IMG/VR virus record: IMGVR_UViG_3300031998_000001
Location: 173,064 to 237,063 of that record
Strand: one strand, 5' to 3'
Length of the DNA stretch: 64,000 nt
DNA from: a virus
Taxonomy: Duplodnaviria > Heunggongvirae > Uroviricota > Caudoviricetes
Made by a program: the position numbers and the translations under genes. Within the stretch, counting starts at the first letter, position 1, and each line of letters begins with the position of its first letter. This document shows, piece by piece, positions 1 through 11,058 of this stretch. The notes under the pieces are model-generated. The model did no database searches. It was not told the DNA's origin and was given only the letters and a program-made list of their open reading frames with translations.

Positions 1-1003
1 ATAACAGGAATGGCGAATGTTCGGGTGTATCTGGCAAGGATGTTATGGAGTATTTGCTCCGTATGAAGCCGATAGAGAATATGTCGGCGGAGAGAGTGAA
101 CGCTATGGTTTCGACCACTGGGCTTTCACGGGAGCATCTCGTTGCGCAACTTGCACGCACTTGGATTGGCGAGTTCGTGAAAGATATGGTCGGAAAGGGA
201 ATTGATAATACAACGGACAAGGAACGATAGTTATGAAAAAGGGAGACATTTACTATGAAGTTTGAAAGGCTTACAAAGGAGAATGCGGTTGCACTTGCAA
301 GACCGCTTATCGGAGATGAAACATCCGTGCTTGTGAACACGGACGGAAAGGGAAAGTTATTCACGGTGTTCGAGGGCAGGTTCTGGCTTCGTGGCGACAA
401 GGACTTGCTTATGGACAAACTTGAAATAGACGACATCTGGTTCATTATGACAAGTCCGAAGTCCGATATTATAACTCTCGAAGAGATGCTATCACAGTCG
501 GAGATACGCAGATACCCGCTGTTAAAGAATGAATACTACCACTGGGTTCACGATGCGGTGCTTGCAAAAATAAAGGAGGACGAAGATGAACAGAAGTGAA
601 TTAAGGAAGATAAGGCTTAACAGCATACTGATACCTTGCACCAGAGTAATTCTCCGTGTGCTGGTGATACTCGTGTCGCCCGTATGGTTTGTGCTTGAAG
701 TCCTGCTCTACATTCCGCTTATGGCGGTGAAGTGGACGGTGTGGGTGCTCGATGGCAGGGAGTTGAGTTTCTGGGACTGGACTATTTGCGGTGCGCTTGC
801 CAATATCAATGACAAGTTCGGCAACTTGGAGAGAACGAATCTGCGTAAGATTCCGTCCTGCGACTACTGCCGATGGTGCGCGTGGGACGAGGAGACGAAG
901 CACTGGTACTGCGACCACCCGACAACACCGCACAGTGTCTATAACGCATCTATTGAAACGAGGCTATACTGCTTCACGGAGAAGGAAGAAAACGAATGAT
1001 TTT

Positions 1004-1032
1004 CTGAAATTATAATAAATAGCCTATATATT
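1004..1032 (+). promoter_or_regulatory. CTGAAA-N17-TATATT phage promoter (copy 1)
   Basis: ctgaaa ttataataaatagccta tatatt in an intergenic gap upstream of ORF 1084; same geometry at 12 other strict sites. Confidence 0.8.
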
Positions 1033-1083
1033 AGTATCGGAAGGATTAAGCGACAGAACAATGAACAACTAAAAAACAAAGAT

Positions 1084-1623
1084 ATGAAGAAGGACAAGTT
1101 TAATCTCGGAACGATAGAACTCGGAGAGAAAGTTATCGTGAGCGACCCGTGCTACTCGATTGGCACTTGGTGTCAGGGACGCTTGACGGATGTTAAGCCC
1201 GGCAAGTACAATGTGTTTATGAACAAGGCTTCGTTCAATGACTGGGGGCGCAGGGTTACTGAACTGTGGGTGTGCCTCGAAGGGACTTCAAAGAAGTTCC
1301 CGAAGAAACTGGTCGGCGACATAGAGATAGGCGTTGACAGCGGGGCAGCAGGCATATTCGACTGGGCTTACTATGAAGAATATCACCCGATGCACGGGGA
1401 AACCGACCACAAGTGGTATGACCGCCAGTTCGACCTCCGCTACGGCTATGATATGGACGGCAACAAGGTAAAGCCGAACAGCGATACGGAAAGACGCGAC
1501 GGCATTGCGCTTGACGGCAAGGGCTGTGTGAGTTTCAGCGGATACGGGGACGGAAGTTACACATTGTTCGTTGAATTCGACGATGACAAGAAGATTACAT
1601 CACTCGGAATAAAATTCATTTAG
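1084..1623 (+). CDS. DUF4241-like protein
   Basis: Motifs VSDPCY, GVDSGAAGIFD, SGYGDGSY. Confidence 0.6.
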   Translation: MKKDKFNLGTIELGEKVIVSDPCYSIGTWCQGRLTDVKPGKYNVFMNKASFNDWGRRVTELWVCLEGTSKKFPKKLVGDIEIGVDSGAAGIFDWAYYEEYHPMHGETDHKWYDRQFDLRYGYDMDGNKVKPNSDTERRDGIALDGKGCVSFSGYGDGSYTLFVEFDDDKKITSLGIKFI

Positions 1624-1624
1624 T

Positions 1625-2887
1625 ATGACTACGGAAGAATACAGGAAATTGAGGGCTGACCTCACGACAAGAGTCCCATACGGGTTAAGATTTGAATATG
1701 ACCGTATGATATGGGAGATGTATGGAATACAGACGCATTGCGTAAGGCTCACAAGGTTTAGCGCGGACAAGGGAAATATGTTCGTGTCCGTCCCGTTCGA
1801 GGAGGCGTTACCGTACCTCCGTTCGCTCGAAGATATGACCGAAGCGGAGAAGTTGAAACTCAAGAGACAGCACGAGAAGGACGAGAAACTGTTTACCGAT
1901 GCAATTATGCGTTCAAGGAACGGGGATGATTCGCTTCGCGGAAAGGTAATAACCCACTATGCTTCGGACTGGTGCGACAGAAGATTGTTCGACCACAGGG
2001 GCTTGATTGAGATGGGGCTTGCCGTAAGAGCACCGCAAGGCTTTTATGACGACTTGTTCGGTTTCGAGGACATATCAGCGACCGCTTGGCTTGACAAGGT
2101 AATGCCGAGCGAGGAGGCGTTGAAATACCTGAAGGCGCACCACTCCCCTTCGGAAGTAAGCGACTTTCAGGCGGCTATGAACATTGCCGTAATGAAGGCG
2201 TATGACGCTGGCAGGGAGAGCGTGAAAAACTCCAGCGATGTCGCCTGCGCGTGCGCCACGAGCAGTCCCGTCGTAAACGAACGACCGAAATTTGAGGTTG
2301 GCGATGTGATGAGAACTTTGCAGGAGGCTGCCGATAATATTACAAGCGGTCTGCCCGTAGTCGTACACATAGGCAAAAAACATTATCACTGCACCAACGA
2401 ATTGATTGCTATTAAAAATCAAGATGATTACGAATATCCGCCAATGAACAGAAGGCAGAAGTCCGATGCTAATCCTGAACCAAAGTTCAAGGCTGGTGTT
2501 TGGGTGCAAATTGAAAATGGCAATACGATAAAAATTTTAGAGGTAAATGAAAATACTTATAAAATACTAAATTGTTACGGTTCTGAAGATATTAGAAGCA
2601 TATCTGACATAGATTGTATATCTCACCTTTGGACTATCGAAGATGCCAAAGATGGCGATGTGCTGGTTTTTGACGGTATCATAATGATTTTTAAAAGCAT
2701 TAAAACTGCCAGTAGTGCAAATACATATATTCTATATTATAATCGAATATTATTTGACGACTGGTGTGATTTCGGGCATAATGCCCATCCAGCCACCAAA
2801 GAACAGCGTGACTTCTTATTTCAGAAGATGCACGAAGTTGGTTATGGGTGGTGTGCAGAAACCAAACAACTAATTAAATTTGTATAA
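1625..2887 (+). CDS. LPYG/PYLR/HFDYRG family protein with long AT-rich C-terminal extension
   Basis: DLTTRVPYGL...LPYLRSLEDMTEAE...LFDHRGLIEMGLAVRAPQGFY, followed by unrelated modules (PKFEVGD, HLWTIEDAKDGDVL). Confidence 0.75.
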   Translation: MTTEEYRKLRADLTTRVPYGLRFEYDRMIWEMYGIQTHCVRLTRFSADKGNMFVSVPFEEALPYLRSLEDMTEAEKLKLKRQHEKDEKLFTDAIMRSRNGDDSLRGKVITHYASDWCDRRLFDHRGLIEMGLAVRAPQGFYDDLFGFEDISATAWLDKVMPSEEALKYLKAHHSPSEVSDFQAAMNIAVMKAYDAGRESVKNSSDVACACATSSPVVNERPKFEVGDVMRTLQEAADNITSGLPVVVHIGKKHYHCTNELIAIKNQDDYEYPPMNRRQKSDANPEPKFKAGVWVQIENGNTIKILEVNENTYKILNCYGSEDIRSISDIDCISHLWTIEDAKDGDVLVFDGIIMIFKSIKTASSANTYILYYNRILFDDWCDFGHNAHPATKEQRDFLFQKMHEVGYGWCAETKQLIKFV

Positions 2888-3044
2888 TATGGAAAAGTTA
2901 GTAAAGGTAAAATACTGCAAGACAGACGAGGAAGTCTGCCAGTTCCTGTCGGAGCAAGCCAAGGAATACAACTTGAATGTCGTTATGCACTGGTTGGTTC
3001 CTTATGAGGACGGAATAAAGGTTTTCTATCAAACATTTTGAAAT

Positions 3045-3512
3045 ATGACACAAGAAGAAAAACAACTGTTATGGAAAGACCTTTGTGCAAGGCTGCCGTA
3101 TAGAGTTCGGTGCAAATGTGTAAACGGCTTGGACGGCAGTAAAACAGACCACGGTGTCTTGAAATATATTGGAAATTGCAATGGGATTATCAGCAATTAC
3201 TATGAAGATATACCGATTGATTCGGGGCTTGTTAATAATATGTTTTACCCTGTTGAAAACATAAAGCCCCACCTCCGTTCAATGTCAACTATGACGGAAA
3301 GCGAGATGGAGGAACTCCGAGAACTATGCGGAGGCATTGTCTGGAAGAAGGACATACTGCACGATGAGGTGCTCGACATCTATTACAGGCACGATGCGCT
3401 TGACTGGCTGTTGAAGCATCATTTCGATACTCGCGGTCTGATTGGAATGGGGCTTGCGCTTGAAGCCCCAGAGGGAATGTACGATGAAATGTTAAACATA
3501 CAAAAACTATAA
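3045..3512 (+). CDS. LPYG/PYLR/HFDYRG family protein
   Basis: DLCARLPYRV...IKPHLRSMSTMTESE...HHFDTRGLIGMGLALEAPEGMY. Confidence 0.8.
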   Translation: MTQEEKQLLWKDLCARLPYRVRCKCVNGLDGSKTDHGVLKYIGNCNGIISNYYEDIPIDSGLVNNMFYPVENIKPHLRSMSTMTESEMEELRELCGGIVWKKDILHDEVLDIYYRHDALDWLLKHHFDTRGLIGMGLALEAPEGMYDEMLNIQKL

Positions 3513-3515
3513 CTT

Positions 3516-4187
3516 ATGAGCCACGACGAAAAATTTTTATTGTTCGAGGACTTGTGTATGCGCCTCCCGTACGGGGTGATGTGCAGCGTACCGTTCGACA
3601 AGAACATTATGGAACTCCACGCGATAAGGGGGAATGGGATACCGCTGTGCAACACCCTGCTTACATTCGACACTACGAATGTTGTGTGCGAGTGCTACCT
3701 CTCGGAAGTGAAGCCGTACCTCCGCCCGATGGAGAGTATGACCGCAATCGAGGATATGGAGTATTGCGAAATCAAGGGCAAGGACGAGGTTGAGCAGATG
3801 ACGCTTGAAATGAAGTACCTGCTCTCCCATCACTTCGACATAAACGGGCTTATACCGAAGGGTCTTGCGCTGGAAACCCCGAACGGAATGTACCCCGACC
3901 AGTTGAGTTTCGAGGTAAGGGACACGGAGGGCTTTACCGAAGGACTTGTAGGTATTGACAGGTTAGACCGCATAATCGAGTTGCTGCGTAGCGTCAACAA
4001 GGTTACGGAGAAGCAGATTGCGGAACTCGAATATATGTTCAAGCGTGGTCTGGCTGACGAGTTCGGAGTAAAGGGCAAGGAACTTGAGGAGAAGAAGAAG
4101 GCTCTCGAAGACGGCAAGGCTGACCTCGAATATCTGCTCGCAAGGCGGGAGGCGTATGTGCTGCGCAGGCAGAAGCGAAACGAATAG
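3516..4187 (+). CDS. LPYG/PYLR/HFDYRG family protein with C-terminal coiled-coil extension
   Basis: DLCMRLPYGV...VKPYLRPMESMT...HHFDINGLIPKGLALETPNGMY plus about 95 extra residues. Confidence 0.8.
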   Translation: MSHDEKFLLFEDLCMRLPYGVMCSVPFDKNIMELHAIRGNGIPLCNTLLTFDTTNVVCECYLSEVKPYLRPMESMTAIEDMEYCEIKGKDEVEQMTLEMKYLLSHHFDINGLIPKGLALETPNGMYPDQLSFEVRDTEGFTEGLVGIDRLDRIIELLRSVNKVTEKQIAELEYMFKRGLADEFGVKGKELEEKKKALEDGKADLEYLLARREAYVLRRQKRNE

Positions 4188-4192
4188 GAGGA

Positions 4193-4606
4193 ATGGTTAT
4201 GTGCCTTGAACTTTCAAGATTTAGACACCCGACAATGAAGCCGAAGAAGGCTCGGAGGAACATCCCGTGCTACAAGGTGCTGGTAATGTGGGAAGACGGC
4301 AAGTTGATGACACCCTTCACGGACACTCTGGTTGCATTTGATGACATTGACAACGGCTTGCGTGCCGACTTCTTCCAGACCATCCCAGAGGAATGGGGTA
4401 GCGGAGGTATGTACATAGAGAACGCCATACACTCGTACAAGCGTCCTCCAACCAACCACATACGCAACTTCGCCAACTCCATTGTCGTGAAGTGCTACAT
4501 ACCGAAGGGGACATTGTACTGGTGCGGTCGCGATGAGTACGCTTCGGAAATGATAAGGTTCAACTGTCCCGACTGTCCAGTTGAAAGGAAACAATCAGAT
4601 TCATAA
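4193..4606 (+). CDS. hypothetical phage protein
   Basis: Coupled ORF; IPCYKVL...TPF...IHSY...KCYIPKGTLYW pattern recalled from Bacteroidota phages. Confidence 0.5.
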   Translation: MVMCLELSRFRHPTMKPKKARRNIPCYKVLVMWEDGKLMTPFTDTLVAFDDIDNGLRADFFQTIPEEWGSGGMYIENAIHSYKRPPTNHIRNFANSIVVKCYIPKGTLYWCGRDEYASEMIRFNCPDCPVERKQSDS

Positions 4607-4610
4607 CGAT

Positions 4611-4925
4611 ATGAGATTGCAGAGGGATACTAACTTTGATGTGGGTGACCGTGGCTGGTTCGTTTCTGGAGGTGAAATATACGAGGGCGAGGTCATCAGG
4701 ATTTCGCTCGAAGTCGGCAACATTACGGCACAGCCGAATGCGTCGGAACTATATTACTATATGCTCTTCGACAACGGCGCGGTGATACCAGTGCTTGAAT
4801 CGTTCGTGTTCAGGACGAGGGAGATGTGCGAGGAGTGGAAGAAAATCTGGGACGAAATAAGAAAGGAAAGTCTGGCTAACAATGGAAACGAAAATGAAAC
4901 TGACGGGCAGGAAGGGAACAGTTGA
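4611..4925 (+). CDS. small protein of the 'TK(Y/F)(N/D)(I/V)GDxVWF' type
   Basis: TNFDVGDRGWFV resembles the N-termini of 27991 and 28270; start placed at gatATG 4611. Confidence 0.5.
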   Translation: MRLQRDTNFDVGDRGWFVSGGEIYEGEVIRISLEVGNITAQPNASELYYYMLFDNGAVIPVLESFVFRTREMCEEWKKIWDEIRKESLANNGNENETDGQEGNS

Positions 4926-5332
4926 CGAGTTCTTCGGTCTTTACGGGTTTCTCGTAAGGGACAACGGGGAGATAGTCCGCACTCCCGTAACGAACATAAA
5001 GTGCGGGAATATGAACAGCAAGGACAAGTATCTTGGCAACTGGATATTCGTCCACGACTGGTATCTTCCGTTCACCTACCTGACATATACGCCTGCTGGA
5101 ACGCCCGTGTACACCCCGACATCGGAACACTGTGCGGATATGCCAGAGTTCCTGCCGACTGACGAGACGATAAGGGAAGGGAAGTTGATGCCCCTGCTTG
5201 TGTGGGAACTTAATTCGGACATAATCGGCATCGCAGCAAGGCGGGCGGCATTCTGGAGCGAGAAGTTCAACCTCGACGATTGGGCGGGCATAACCGTAGC
5301 GAAGAATGAAAAGATATTGGAGGCATACTGCA

Positions 5333-5854
5333 ATGGCTGATACCGCGCTCACAATAGACGAGATTGAAGTCGCGATAGCGAAGTCGAGGGACTTCAGTTG
5401 CGTTGCGAACACGGTCGTATTCAATGTGTACGGGCTTTCGGAACTCCTGCCGATAGGACACGAGTGCGATGTGCTTGTTATGACGAAGGCGGGCTACTTG
5501 GCTGAAATAGAGATAAAGCGTTCTTGGTCTGACTTCCTTGCCGACTTCAAGAAGTCGCACAAGCACGAAAGCAGACTCATAAAGCGTTTTTACTACTGCG
5601 TGCCCGAAAGCATATTCAGGAGGGTGATGGAGTACATAGAGAACGCGGAGGACGAATACAAATGCGCTGGCGTTGCCTTCTACACGGAGGACGGCAGGGT
5701 GTGGGTGCGCAGGGGCGCGACGGTTCGGGGCGATGCCCTCAAACTTACAGACGAACAGAAACTCGAAGTATTACGGCTCGGCTGTATGAAGGTCATAGCA
5801 GCGAAGGAAAGGCTCATAAGGGAAAGGAAGAAAAACAATAGCAAGGAGGAATAG
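5333..5854 (+). CDS. MmcB-like PD-(D/E)XK nuclease-fold protein
   Basis: ECDVLV...EIEIKRSWSDFLADFKK...RFYYCVPE. Confidence 0.6.
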   Translation: MADTALTIDEIEVAIAKSRDFSCVANTVVFNVYGLSELLPIGHECDVLVMTKAGYLAEIEIKRSWSDFLADFKKSHKHESRLIKRFYYCVPESIFRRVMEYIENAEDEYKCAGVAFYTEDGRVWVRRGATVRGDALKLTDEQKLEVLRLGCMKVIAAKERLIRERKKNNSKEE

Positions 5855-5857
5855 GAA

Positions 5858-6292
5858 ATGCAATACTGGTTATATTATTTGGCAATGGCGTTAAGCGTGG
5901 TCGGAATGGTTGTCGGCTACCTGATTACAAAACGGAAGGTGGCAATGGGCAAGCCCGTCGTCTATCCGCTCGGCGTGTTCGGGTGGCTCTCGTTCTTGTA
6001 CCTGATACTCGCTCTGGCGATGATAAGGCTTGGGGACAACTCGGAAAAGGACTGGCTGCGCGACTATGCTGTGGCGGAGATATGCGCGGAGCAACTCAAC
6101 GACACCGCACGGACGCTTGATGGCTATGTGGTCGAATCGTTCGTTGAGAAGATTGAAAGCGCAAACTACATAGTCTATTTCTCTGGCAGATACATCGACC
6201 ACCCGTATCTCGGAGTGTTCTGCTCGGAAAGGATGGCACGCCTGCCGAAGATAGAGGTTAGGAGAAAAACCGTTATAAATAATGTGGAATAA
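5858..6292 (+). CDS. membrane protein, two TM helices
   Basis: Two hydrophobic stretches in the first 60 aa. Confidence 0.55.
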   Translation: MQYWLYYLAMALSVVGMVVGYLITKRKVAMGKPVVYPLGVFGWLSFLYLILALAMIRLGDNSEKDWLRDYAVAEICAEQLNDTARTLDGYVVESFVEKIESANYIVYFSGRYIDHPYLGVFCSERMARLPKIEVRRKTVINNVE

Positions 6293-6556
6293 CATTCAGG
6301 GACGATGAACAAGAGGATTGCAATGAAGATACTGCGGGGCGACTTCCCGTACCCGAAGCGAAAGATTGACAGGGCGAGGGTGAAGATACACAGGATGTAC
6401 GCAAAAAGGGCGAGGCGGGACTTCGCGGAACTCGAAGCGGAGTTCACCTCACAGCAGAGGGACTTGCCGCAGGACTTCGCGGAGCATATCCGAGAGCATT
6501 TCTGGGAACTCGTCCCGTACAGCGACACCGAACTCAACAACTCATAGGCATATTTG

Positions 6557-6590
6557 AAGGTCGGGGAAGGACAAAAACCCGACCTTTTTT
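6557..6590 (+). terminator. intrinsic terminator abutting the next promoter
   Basis: aaggtcggg / cccgacctt stem followed by a T-run that continues into CTGAAA. Confidence 0.75.
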
Positions 6591-6619
6591 CTGAAATTAT
6601 AATAAATAGCCTATATATT
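6591..6619 (+). promoter_or_regulatory. CTGAAA-N17-TATATT promoter (copy 2)
   Basis: Strict motif upstream of rtcB. Confidence 0.8.
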
Positions 6620-6653
6620 AGGTTTGAATAGACAACCGAAAAACCAAAGCGAT

Positions 6654-7898
6654 ATGGAACTAAAGAACAAGACAGGCAATGTGGCGAAGATATACGCCAA
6701 GACGATAGAGCAGGCGTGCATCGACCAGTTGAAGTCATTGATTGACAACCCAGCATACGAGAACGAAACCGTGCGCGTAATGCCCGACACCCACGCTGGC
6801 AAGGGAAGCGTAATCGGCTTCACATCGACATATTCGGACAAGATGGTGCCTAATACCGTAGGCGTGGACTTGAGTTGTGGAATGCTCTGCGTCAATCTCG
6901 GCAAGGTCGATATTGACCTCGAAGCATTTGATAATCTCGTACGGCTCAAAATCCCTTCGGGGATGGCTGTCCGCGAGGGCAAGGCGGTTGACTTCAAGCA
7001 ACTCGAAAAGTTGAAGTGTTACCGTGAATTGAAGGATACAAGGCGCATACTGCGGAGCATAGGTACGCTCGGCGGGGGCAACCACTTCATTGAACTCGAC
7101 AGGAGCGAGAGCGGGGACATCTATCTCGTAATACATACTGGCTCGCGCAACTTGGGCAAGCAGGTCTGCGACCACTACCAGAAGATTGCGGTTGACCTAT
7201 GCCACGGAAAGGAGAAACTCTATGAGGAACGCGAACGCATAATCCGAGAGTACAAGCGGCAGGGGCGCAAGAATGAAATCCAGAAGGCTCTGCGGGGGCT
7301 GAAGTGCGAGGCTACGGAGTGCAGGATACCAGACGACCAGTGCTACCTCTACGGGCAGTTTATGTCGGACTACCTGCACGATGTTACAATCTGCGCCGAG
7401 TTCGCGCACCTGAACAGGCTTACAATAGCCGACATCATAGTGTCCAAGTATTTCAAGGGCAAGTCGCTGAAGGACTTCGAGTGGTTCGAGACGCTCCACA
7501 ACTATGTGGATACGAAGCACGGGCTTATCCGAAAGGGCGCAATCTCCGCTATGGAGGGGGAGAAGGTCATCATCCCGATGAATATGCGCGACGGAAGCCT
7601 TATCTGCATAGGCAAGGGCAACGAGGACTGGAACTGTTCCGCGCCTCACGGGGCTGGACGGCTTATGTCACGCTCGAAGGCGAAGGACGAGATTGCACTT
7701 GAAGACTTCGAGAAAAGTATGGAAGGCATATACACGACCTCCGTGTGCCGTGGCACGATAGACGAGTCACCTATGGCGTACAAGCCTATGGACGAGATAC
7801 TCTCGGCAATCGGGGACACTGCGGAAGTCGTGGAGATAATCAAGCCGATTTACAACTTCAAGGCTGCGGAGACGCTCCCTTGGCAAAAGGACAAGTAG
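6654..7898 (+). CDS. rtcB: RtcB family RNA ligase
   Basis: MPDTHAGKG, VGVDLSCGM, GTLGGGNHFIE, HTGSRNLG, HNY, SAPHGAGR, DESPMAYK; start moved to gatATG 6654 downstream of the promoter. Confidence 0.95.
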   Translation: MELKNKTGNVAKIYAKTIEQACIDQLKSLIDNPAYENETVRVMPDTHAGKGSVIGFTSTYSDKMVPNTVGVDLSCGMLCVNLGKVDIDLEAFDNLVRLKIPSGMAVREGKAVDFKQLEKLKCYRELKDTRRILRSIGTLGGGNHFIELDRSESGDIYLVIHTGSRNLGKQVCDHYQKIAVDLCHGKEKLYEERERIIREYKRQGRKNEIQKALRGLKCEATECRIPDDQCYLYGQFMSDYLHDVTICAEFAHLNRLTIADIIVSKYFKGKSLKDFEWFETLHNYVDTKHGLIRKGAISAMEGEKVIIPMNMRDGSLICIGKGNEDWNCSAPHGAGRLMSRSKAKDEIALEDFEKSMEGIYTTSVCRGTIDESPMAYKPMDEILSAIGDTAEVVEIIKPIYNFKAAETLPWQKDK

Positions 7899-8481
7899 AA
7901 GTATGGACAGGACTGCATTTACATTCAGGTTCAGGTACACGCCCGAAGGGAGTTCCGAAACGAGGGAAACTGGGCTTGTTGACATACCCACCGCAAGCAC
8001 TGCGGGGATTGCATATTCCAACTATCTCTTCGAGGTGTGCAACATAGACAGGGGCTTCCTCGCGAAAGTCTTTGAGAGGGAACTCGCGCTTTTCAACGGG
8101 AGTGCGGAAGACTACTTCTTCAGCATATTCTACTGCGAGGCGGACAAGTTCCTGAAAGGCAACGGACTGCTTGACAAAGGGGACGCAATCGTTGACTTCG
8201 AGTGCGTGGTCGGGGACAACGCGGAGGAACTCGGCAAGTCGGTGGTGGAGAGGATAGCGAAGTTGAAGAAGGCTTGGAAGAAGGCGGAGGAAACAAATGG
8301 CGAAGAATAGGAAGAAAAAGAACACGATAGACAAGACGACGCTTGACATTATCAAGGCTGCGAGGAAGAAGTCCCGCGACGAGGAGATTGCGATGTACGG
8401 GAAGCAGATTTCTATGTACTACTGGAAGGGGGACAAGAAGCACCACGCACGGGGCGGAAAGCACAAGAGGAGATACTGCTG

Positions 8482-9552
8482 ATGTTTGACACAAGGGAAC
8501 TCAAGAGGGGATTGCAGGACATACTTGCAAGACGCTTCCGAAACGACGGCGCAAGGCGCACGATAAAGGAGTTTTCGGACAGGCTCAACTTCGCCTGCCC
8601 GTACTGCGGTGACAGCACCACGAACAGATACAAGAAAAGAGGGAATGTCTATCTCAACGATATGTCGTTCCACTGCTTCAACTGCGGTGCGCACGAGAGC
8701 CTGTGGAAGTTCTTTTCATATTTCGGAGAGCCTATGCCAGACGGAGTTGCCGACATAATAGCGTCGGCAAGGGAGAAGCGGGCTGGAAAGAGAAGGGACG
8801 GCAGGCGGAACGATGTGGTTGACAACGACACATTCCGAAAACTCGACAGCCTCGCTATAAGCAGGGAACTGTTCGCGGACACCCTGCACCTCGTCGAGAT
8901 AACGGAGGACGCTGGAAGCATATCCGACTACATAAGGGGGAGGCGCATACCAGAGGACAGGTACGCCAACTTCCTGTATTCCAAGCGTATGAACGAACTC
9001 TATGTGCTGAACCTCGCGAACAACGGGCGGGACATAGTTGGCGTTCAGGTACGCTCGTTCAGGGAGAATGTCCCGAAGTACCGCTCATACGCGCTCGAAA
9101 GGTGCTACAATATGTGTATGCTCCATCTCCCAGACATCGACGGGGCGGAGAAGGAGGACATCAACCGATTGAGCCTCATATACAACACGCTCAACTTCGA
9201 CATATACGCAAGCGAGATATATGTGTTCGAGGGCGGGATAGACTCGTTCTTCCTCCCGAACTCTCTCGGTCAGTGCGGAGTGAAGAAGGATGTGCTGTGG
9301 CTCGACAGCCTGTCCAATGTGGTGTACTTCTTCGACAACGACCAGCCGGGCAGGGAGCGGAGTGCCGAGAAACTCAAGGGCGGGCACAAGGTGTTCCTCT
9401 GGGGGAAGTTTCTCTCGGAAAACAACTTCAAGTGCAGGGTGAAGGACTTGAACGATTTTGTGTGCTTCTGCGAGGACAACTCGATAGACTGGTCTGGGAT
9501 TGAGTTCGGCGGGTATGTCGGGGACAGCGAACTCGACATCATATATTTGTGA
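8482..9552 (+). CDS. DNA primase, T4 gp61-like
   Basis: Zn finger CPYCGDS...CFNC; Toprim VFEGGIDS...FFDNDQPG...KDLND. Confidence 0.88.
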   Translation: MFDTRELKRGLQDILARRFRNDGARRTIKEFSDRLNFACPYCGDSTTNRYKKRGNVYLNDMSFHCFNCGAHESLWKFFSYFGEPMPDGVADIIASAREKRAGKRRDGRRNDVVDNDTFRKLDSLAISRELFADTLHLVEITEDAGSISDYIRGRRIPEDRYANFLYSKRMNELYVLNLANNGRDIVGVQVRSFRENVPKYRSYALERCYNMCMLHLPDIDGAEKEDINRLSLIYNTLNFDIYASEIYVFEGGIDSFFLPNSLGQCGVKKDVLWLDSLSNVVYFFDNDQPGRERSAEKLKGGHKVFLWGKFLSENNFKCRVKDLNDFVCFCEDNSIDWSGIEFGGYVGDSELDIIYL

Positions 9553-9559
9553 TAAAAAT

Positions 9560-9588
9560 CTGAAATTCCTATTTATTAACTATATATT
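9560..9588 (+). promoter_or_regulatory. CTGAAA-N17-TATATT promoter (copy 3)
   Basis: Strict motif upstream of 9622 and the clamp loader. Confidence 0.8.
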
Positions 9589-10014
9589 AGGTTTGGAAAG
9601 GAACATTAAAAATTCAAGACTATGGAAGAAAGAAGACTTAAAAGAATCGAGAACAGGAAGCCGAACCTGCGCATCACGCTCCCAGACATCTGCTGGAAGT
9701 CGATAGTGAACGAAACCCGCGACACGATATACCTGTCGATGTCGGAGAAGAACCGCAGGGTGCTCTGCCACTGCTGCGACGAGAACGGGGAGAAAGTCCT
9801 GTTCCGCGAGCCGAAGGTCGCAGTGATAGTCAACGAACGCAACGGCAACGAGAAGGTGTTTTCGGTAAGCGGAATGAGCGTAGTCCGCATCAAGGGCATC
9901 GCCCTCGAAGGCTACGAGTATGACGAGAAGCCAGCCTTTGCAATCAATGTTGCAAAGAGAAGAGGCAGACCGCCGAAGGCTGAATAATATTGACAACATT
10001 ATAATTTGATAAAG

Positions 10015-10977
10015 ATGAAAGAACTACTTACGGAAAAATACAGACCGCAGTCGCTTGACGAGATTGCATTGCCAGCGAGATTGAAGGAGACATTCAAGGA
10101 GGGCATCGTCCAGAATATGCTGTTCTACGGGACGCAAGGGGCGGGCAAGACCTCTCTCGCCAAGTTGCTGTGCAAGCAGTTCGGGAACAACTGCCTCTAT
10201 ATCAACTGCTCTTCGGAGACGGGTGTCGATACCGTCAGAGAGCGTATCTGCAACTACTGCGAGACCGCATCGCTCATAGGCGGTCAGGGGAAACTGAAGG
10301 TCGTCCTGCTCGACGAGTTCGACAATATGTCGGCTGGCTCGTACGCAGCGTTGAGGGGCGTAATCGAGAAGTATGCCTCCAACTCCCGCTTCGTTGCGAC
10401 CTGCAACTTCATCAACAAGATACCAGACCCGATAAAGAGCAGATTCGTGCTCGTGTCGTTCGACTTCGAGGGCGAGGAACTTATGGAGGTCAAGAAGGAT
10501 ATGCTCAACCGCCTCCGCTTCATCACGAAGAACGAGGGCATAGCGATAGACGACAAGGCACTCGCGTACCTCATCAAGAACAACTTTCCAGACTACCGAA
10601 AGATTATCAACAAGATACAGCAGTTGACATTTCTCGTGAAGGACGAGTTCGACCCGATTACGGTGGCTGATGTTGCGACTACCACGCACGAGTTCGTGGA
10701 TGTCTATAACATAGTGCTCTCTGGAAAGCCAGAGCCAGCGGAGAACTACAAGGCACTCGCTGGGGCATACAGGAACAAGGTCGATGATGTCGTGGCTTCG
10801 CTCGGTATGCCGTTCGTGCAATACATAATTGCACAGAAGCCAGAACTCATACCCTTCATACCCCATATCACGATAATCAACGCGAAGTATCAGGCTCAAC
10901 TCGGAAGCGTGATAGACCCGATGGTGTCGTTGCTCGCTCTCGTGTTTGAACTTCAGGAACTTTTAAGCGGAAAGTAA
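10015..10977 (+). CDS. sliding-clamp loader AAA+ subunit (T4 gp44 / RFC small subunit-like)
   Basis: EKYRPQSLDEI, Walker A GTQGAGKTS, Walker B LLDEFD, SRF motif, PDYRKIIN. Confidence 0.92.
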   Translation: MKELLTEKYRPQSLDEIALPARLKETFKEGIVQNMLFYGTQGAGKTSLAKLLCKQFGNNCLYINCSSETGVDTVRERICNYCETASLIGGQGKLKVVLLDEFDNMSAGSYAALRGVIEKYASNSRFVATCNFINKIPDPIKSRFVLVSFDFEGEELMEVKKDMLNRLRFITKNEGIAIDDKALAYLIKNNFPDYRKIINKIQQLTFLVKDEFDPITVADVATTTHEFVDVYNIVLSGKPEPAENYKALAGAYRNKVDDVVASLGMPFVQYIIAQKPELIPFIPHITIINAKYQAQLGSVIDPMVSLLALVFELQELLSGK

Positions 10978-11022
10978 CAATGCGCTTTGTTTTTATTCAT
11001 AATAAATTTTTATTTTATCATT

Positions 11023-11058
11023 CGGGCGGAGGGATTCCCAGTCCCCTGCCTGTTTTTT
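11023..11058 (+). terminator. intrinsic terminator
   Basis: GC-rich hairpin cgggcggaggga...tcccctgcctg plus T6. Confidence 0.65.
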
